Origin: Lama glama
Taxonomy: Eukaryota
DNA length: 64,000 bases
Assembly: GCA_028534125.1 (NCBI GenBank)
Contig: CM052816.1
Coordinates: 58,034,001-58,098,000 of the forward strand
Direction of reading: 5' to 3'
Below the pieces are notes generated by a model. That model was not told where the DNA came from. It made no database searches and saw nothing but the letters and a program-made list of their open reading frames with translations. Within the stretch, counting starts at the first letter, position 1, and each line of letters starts with the position of its first letter. Shown piece after piece: positions 62,313-64,000 of this stretch. Position numbers and translations under genes: made by a program.

Positions 62313-63110
62313 AAATCAAAACTACAATGAGCTATCACCTCACACTGCTCAGAATGGCCACTATTAAAATTCCACAATGATAAATACTGGAAAGGTTGTG
62401 GAAAAAGGGAACACTCCTACACTGTTGGTGGGAATATAATTTGGTGCAGCCACTATGGAATATAGTATGGTGAGATTCCTTAAAAAAATAGAATTATTAC
62501 ATGACCCAGCAATCTCACTCCTGGGCTTATGTCTGGAGAAAACTCTAATTCAAAAAGATACATGCACCCCAATGTTCATAGCAGCACTATTTACAATAGT
62601 CAAGACATAGAAGCAACCTAAATGTCCATTGACAGATGAGTGGATAAAGAAGTTGTAGTAAAAAGAAGAAGTCGTAGTGTATATATATACATACAATAGA
62701 ATACTACCCAGCCACAAAAAAGAATGAAATATTGCCATTTACAGCAACATGGATGGGCCTAGAGATTATCATACTAAGTGAAGTAAGTCAGATGGAGAAA
62801 GACAAATACCTGATATCACTTAAATGTGGAATCTAAAAAAAGTGACCTAAATGAACTTATTTACAAAACAGAAACAGACTCACAGGCATAGAAAACAAAT
62901 TTATGGTTACCAAAGGGGAAAAGGTGGGGAGGGATGAATTAGGAGTTTGGGATTAGCAGATACACATTACTATATATAAAATAGATAAACAACAAGGTCT
63001 TACTGTATAGCACAGGGAACTATATTCAATATCCTGTAATAAACCATAGTTCTGCTGTACACCAGAAACTAATACAACATTATAAATCAACTATACTTAA
63101 ATAAAAATTG
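62313..63110 (+). mobile_element. L1 3' ~800 bp (ORF2 end plus 3' UTR), inserted in an L2 tail
   Basis: 'aaatcaaaactacaatgagctatcacctcacac...gatacatgcaccccaatgttcatagcagcactatttacaatag...tcaactatacttaaataaaaa'; flanked by 'atatttactga' / 'aaatttattga'. Confidence 0.92.
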
Positions 63111-63699
63111 TTTAAAAATTTATTGAGTGCTTATTGTATTCCAAGCAATAGTCAGCAAGACAGATTTGGTCCTTGCCTTTGTAATGTAGCTTACCTATGA
63201 TTGGTATCAGACCTGGAAGTTGTACCTAAGCATCTTAACTCTAGTTCCAAGTCTTGTATGCTTTCCACCAGATACAACAGCCCAGTCCTCCCCTCCATCA
63301 CATCACTCACTTTGTCTATTACAAAGTATAACTATCCTTGTATCTACCTTTTTGAGCTACCACAGTGGACAGATTCTTCCAGGCAGCACTTCCTGACTTA
63401 AAAACTTTATAAGAATCAGCTGAACCCTCATAAATTTCCTCGATTTGGCTCAAAGTTACATTCTCCAGGCGATGGCTGTTTTGAAAATCAATGTGCTTCC
63501 TTTTGAAATGGAGCTGGGCTCTTTGTCATAATGGCATTTTCTATTTGTTAGGCATTAGTACCTACTTTCTGGGATAGAGCAAGCCTAGGTTAGGTGAAAA
63601 TAGTTACCTCAAGCCATTTCAATCACCCTTGTCCAAAGCAAAGGATGTGGGAAGCCTGGCACCCTGAATTCATCTGGTTTGCTTTTAGTTTCTCCTCTA

Positions 63700-63890
63700 A
63701 CTACAGAACTGTAGAAGGCTGGAGCTGGAAGAAACTGCAGAAACCATTTAATCCAACCCACACATTCTAGAGAGAAAGAAATCAAGGCTCAGAGAAGTAG
63801 AGTGACTTGCAAAGTCCCACATCTACTTTGACATGGACCCAGGACTAGAATCCTGGATTCTCCAGTGCTCTTTCCTCTAACACCAAGCAT
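63700..63890 (-). mobile_element. MIR/MIR3 fragment
   Basis: 'catttaatccaacccacacattctagagagaaagaaatcaaggctcagagaagtagagtgacttgcaaagtcccaca...caggactagaatcctggattctcc'. Confidence 0.8.
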
Positions 63891-64000
63891 CCGTATCATA
63901 GCATTGAGATCCAGGGATCTATTCTTACTCGCTTTATATTTGGGAAAAAAAAACTTTAGCTTTTGCTGCAAAGGACCATTTCTAATTCAATTCCCTTTCT

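Noticed and set aside
1..64000. Prokaryotic-type systems, CRISPR arrays, tRNA/rRNA genes, tRNA-derived SINEs other than MIR
   Set aside because: No spaced direct-repeat array, no long ORFs and no cloverleaf or rRNA motifs seen; the sequence is mammalian and mostly non-coding.

Overview
Mammalian (eutherian) genomic DNA that is gene-poor and rich in interspersed repeats (L1, L2, MIR, CR1/L3, MaLR/ERVL/ERV1 solo LTRs, hAT and Tigger DNA transposons). The young L1 3' ends resemble camelid/cetartiodactyl L1s, and I saw no Alu, B1, Bov-tA, PRE1 or Can-SINE, so a camelid origin is my inference. All repeat family names are from memory of consensus sequences, not from a search. I recognise no named gene, RNA gene or CRISPR array, and most of the supplied ORF track is spurious or repeat-derived. 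The most interesting signal is two + strand spliced units about 13 kb apart with a similar exon layout and weak protein similarity. Unit A (exons 2406/2411-2607 and 3442-3513, poly(A) signal ATTAAA at 3605) has an open frame. Unit B (exons 13521-13620, 15682-15821 and probably 16339-16395) encodes a ~98-aa signal-peptide protein interrupted by two in-frame stops. Together they may be a tandem pair from an uncharacterised small secreted-protein family, with one copy pseudogenised. Also notable: an 88-bp, 92%-identical dispersed duplication, an old L1 with a twin-priming-like inversion inside a deeply nested repeat stack (56-63 kb), several exon-like segments on the minus strand, and candidate regulatory motif clusters.
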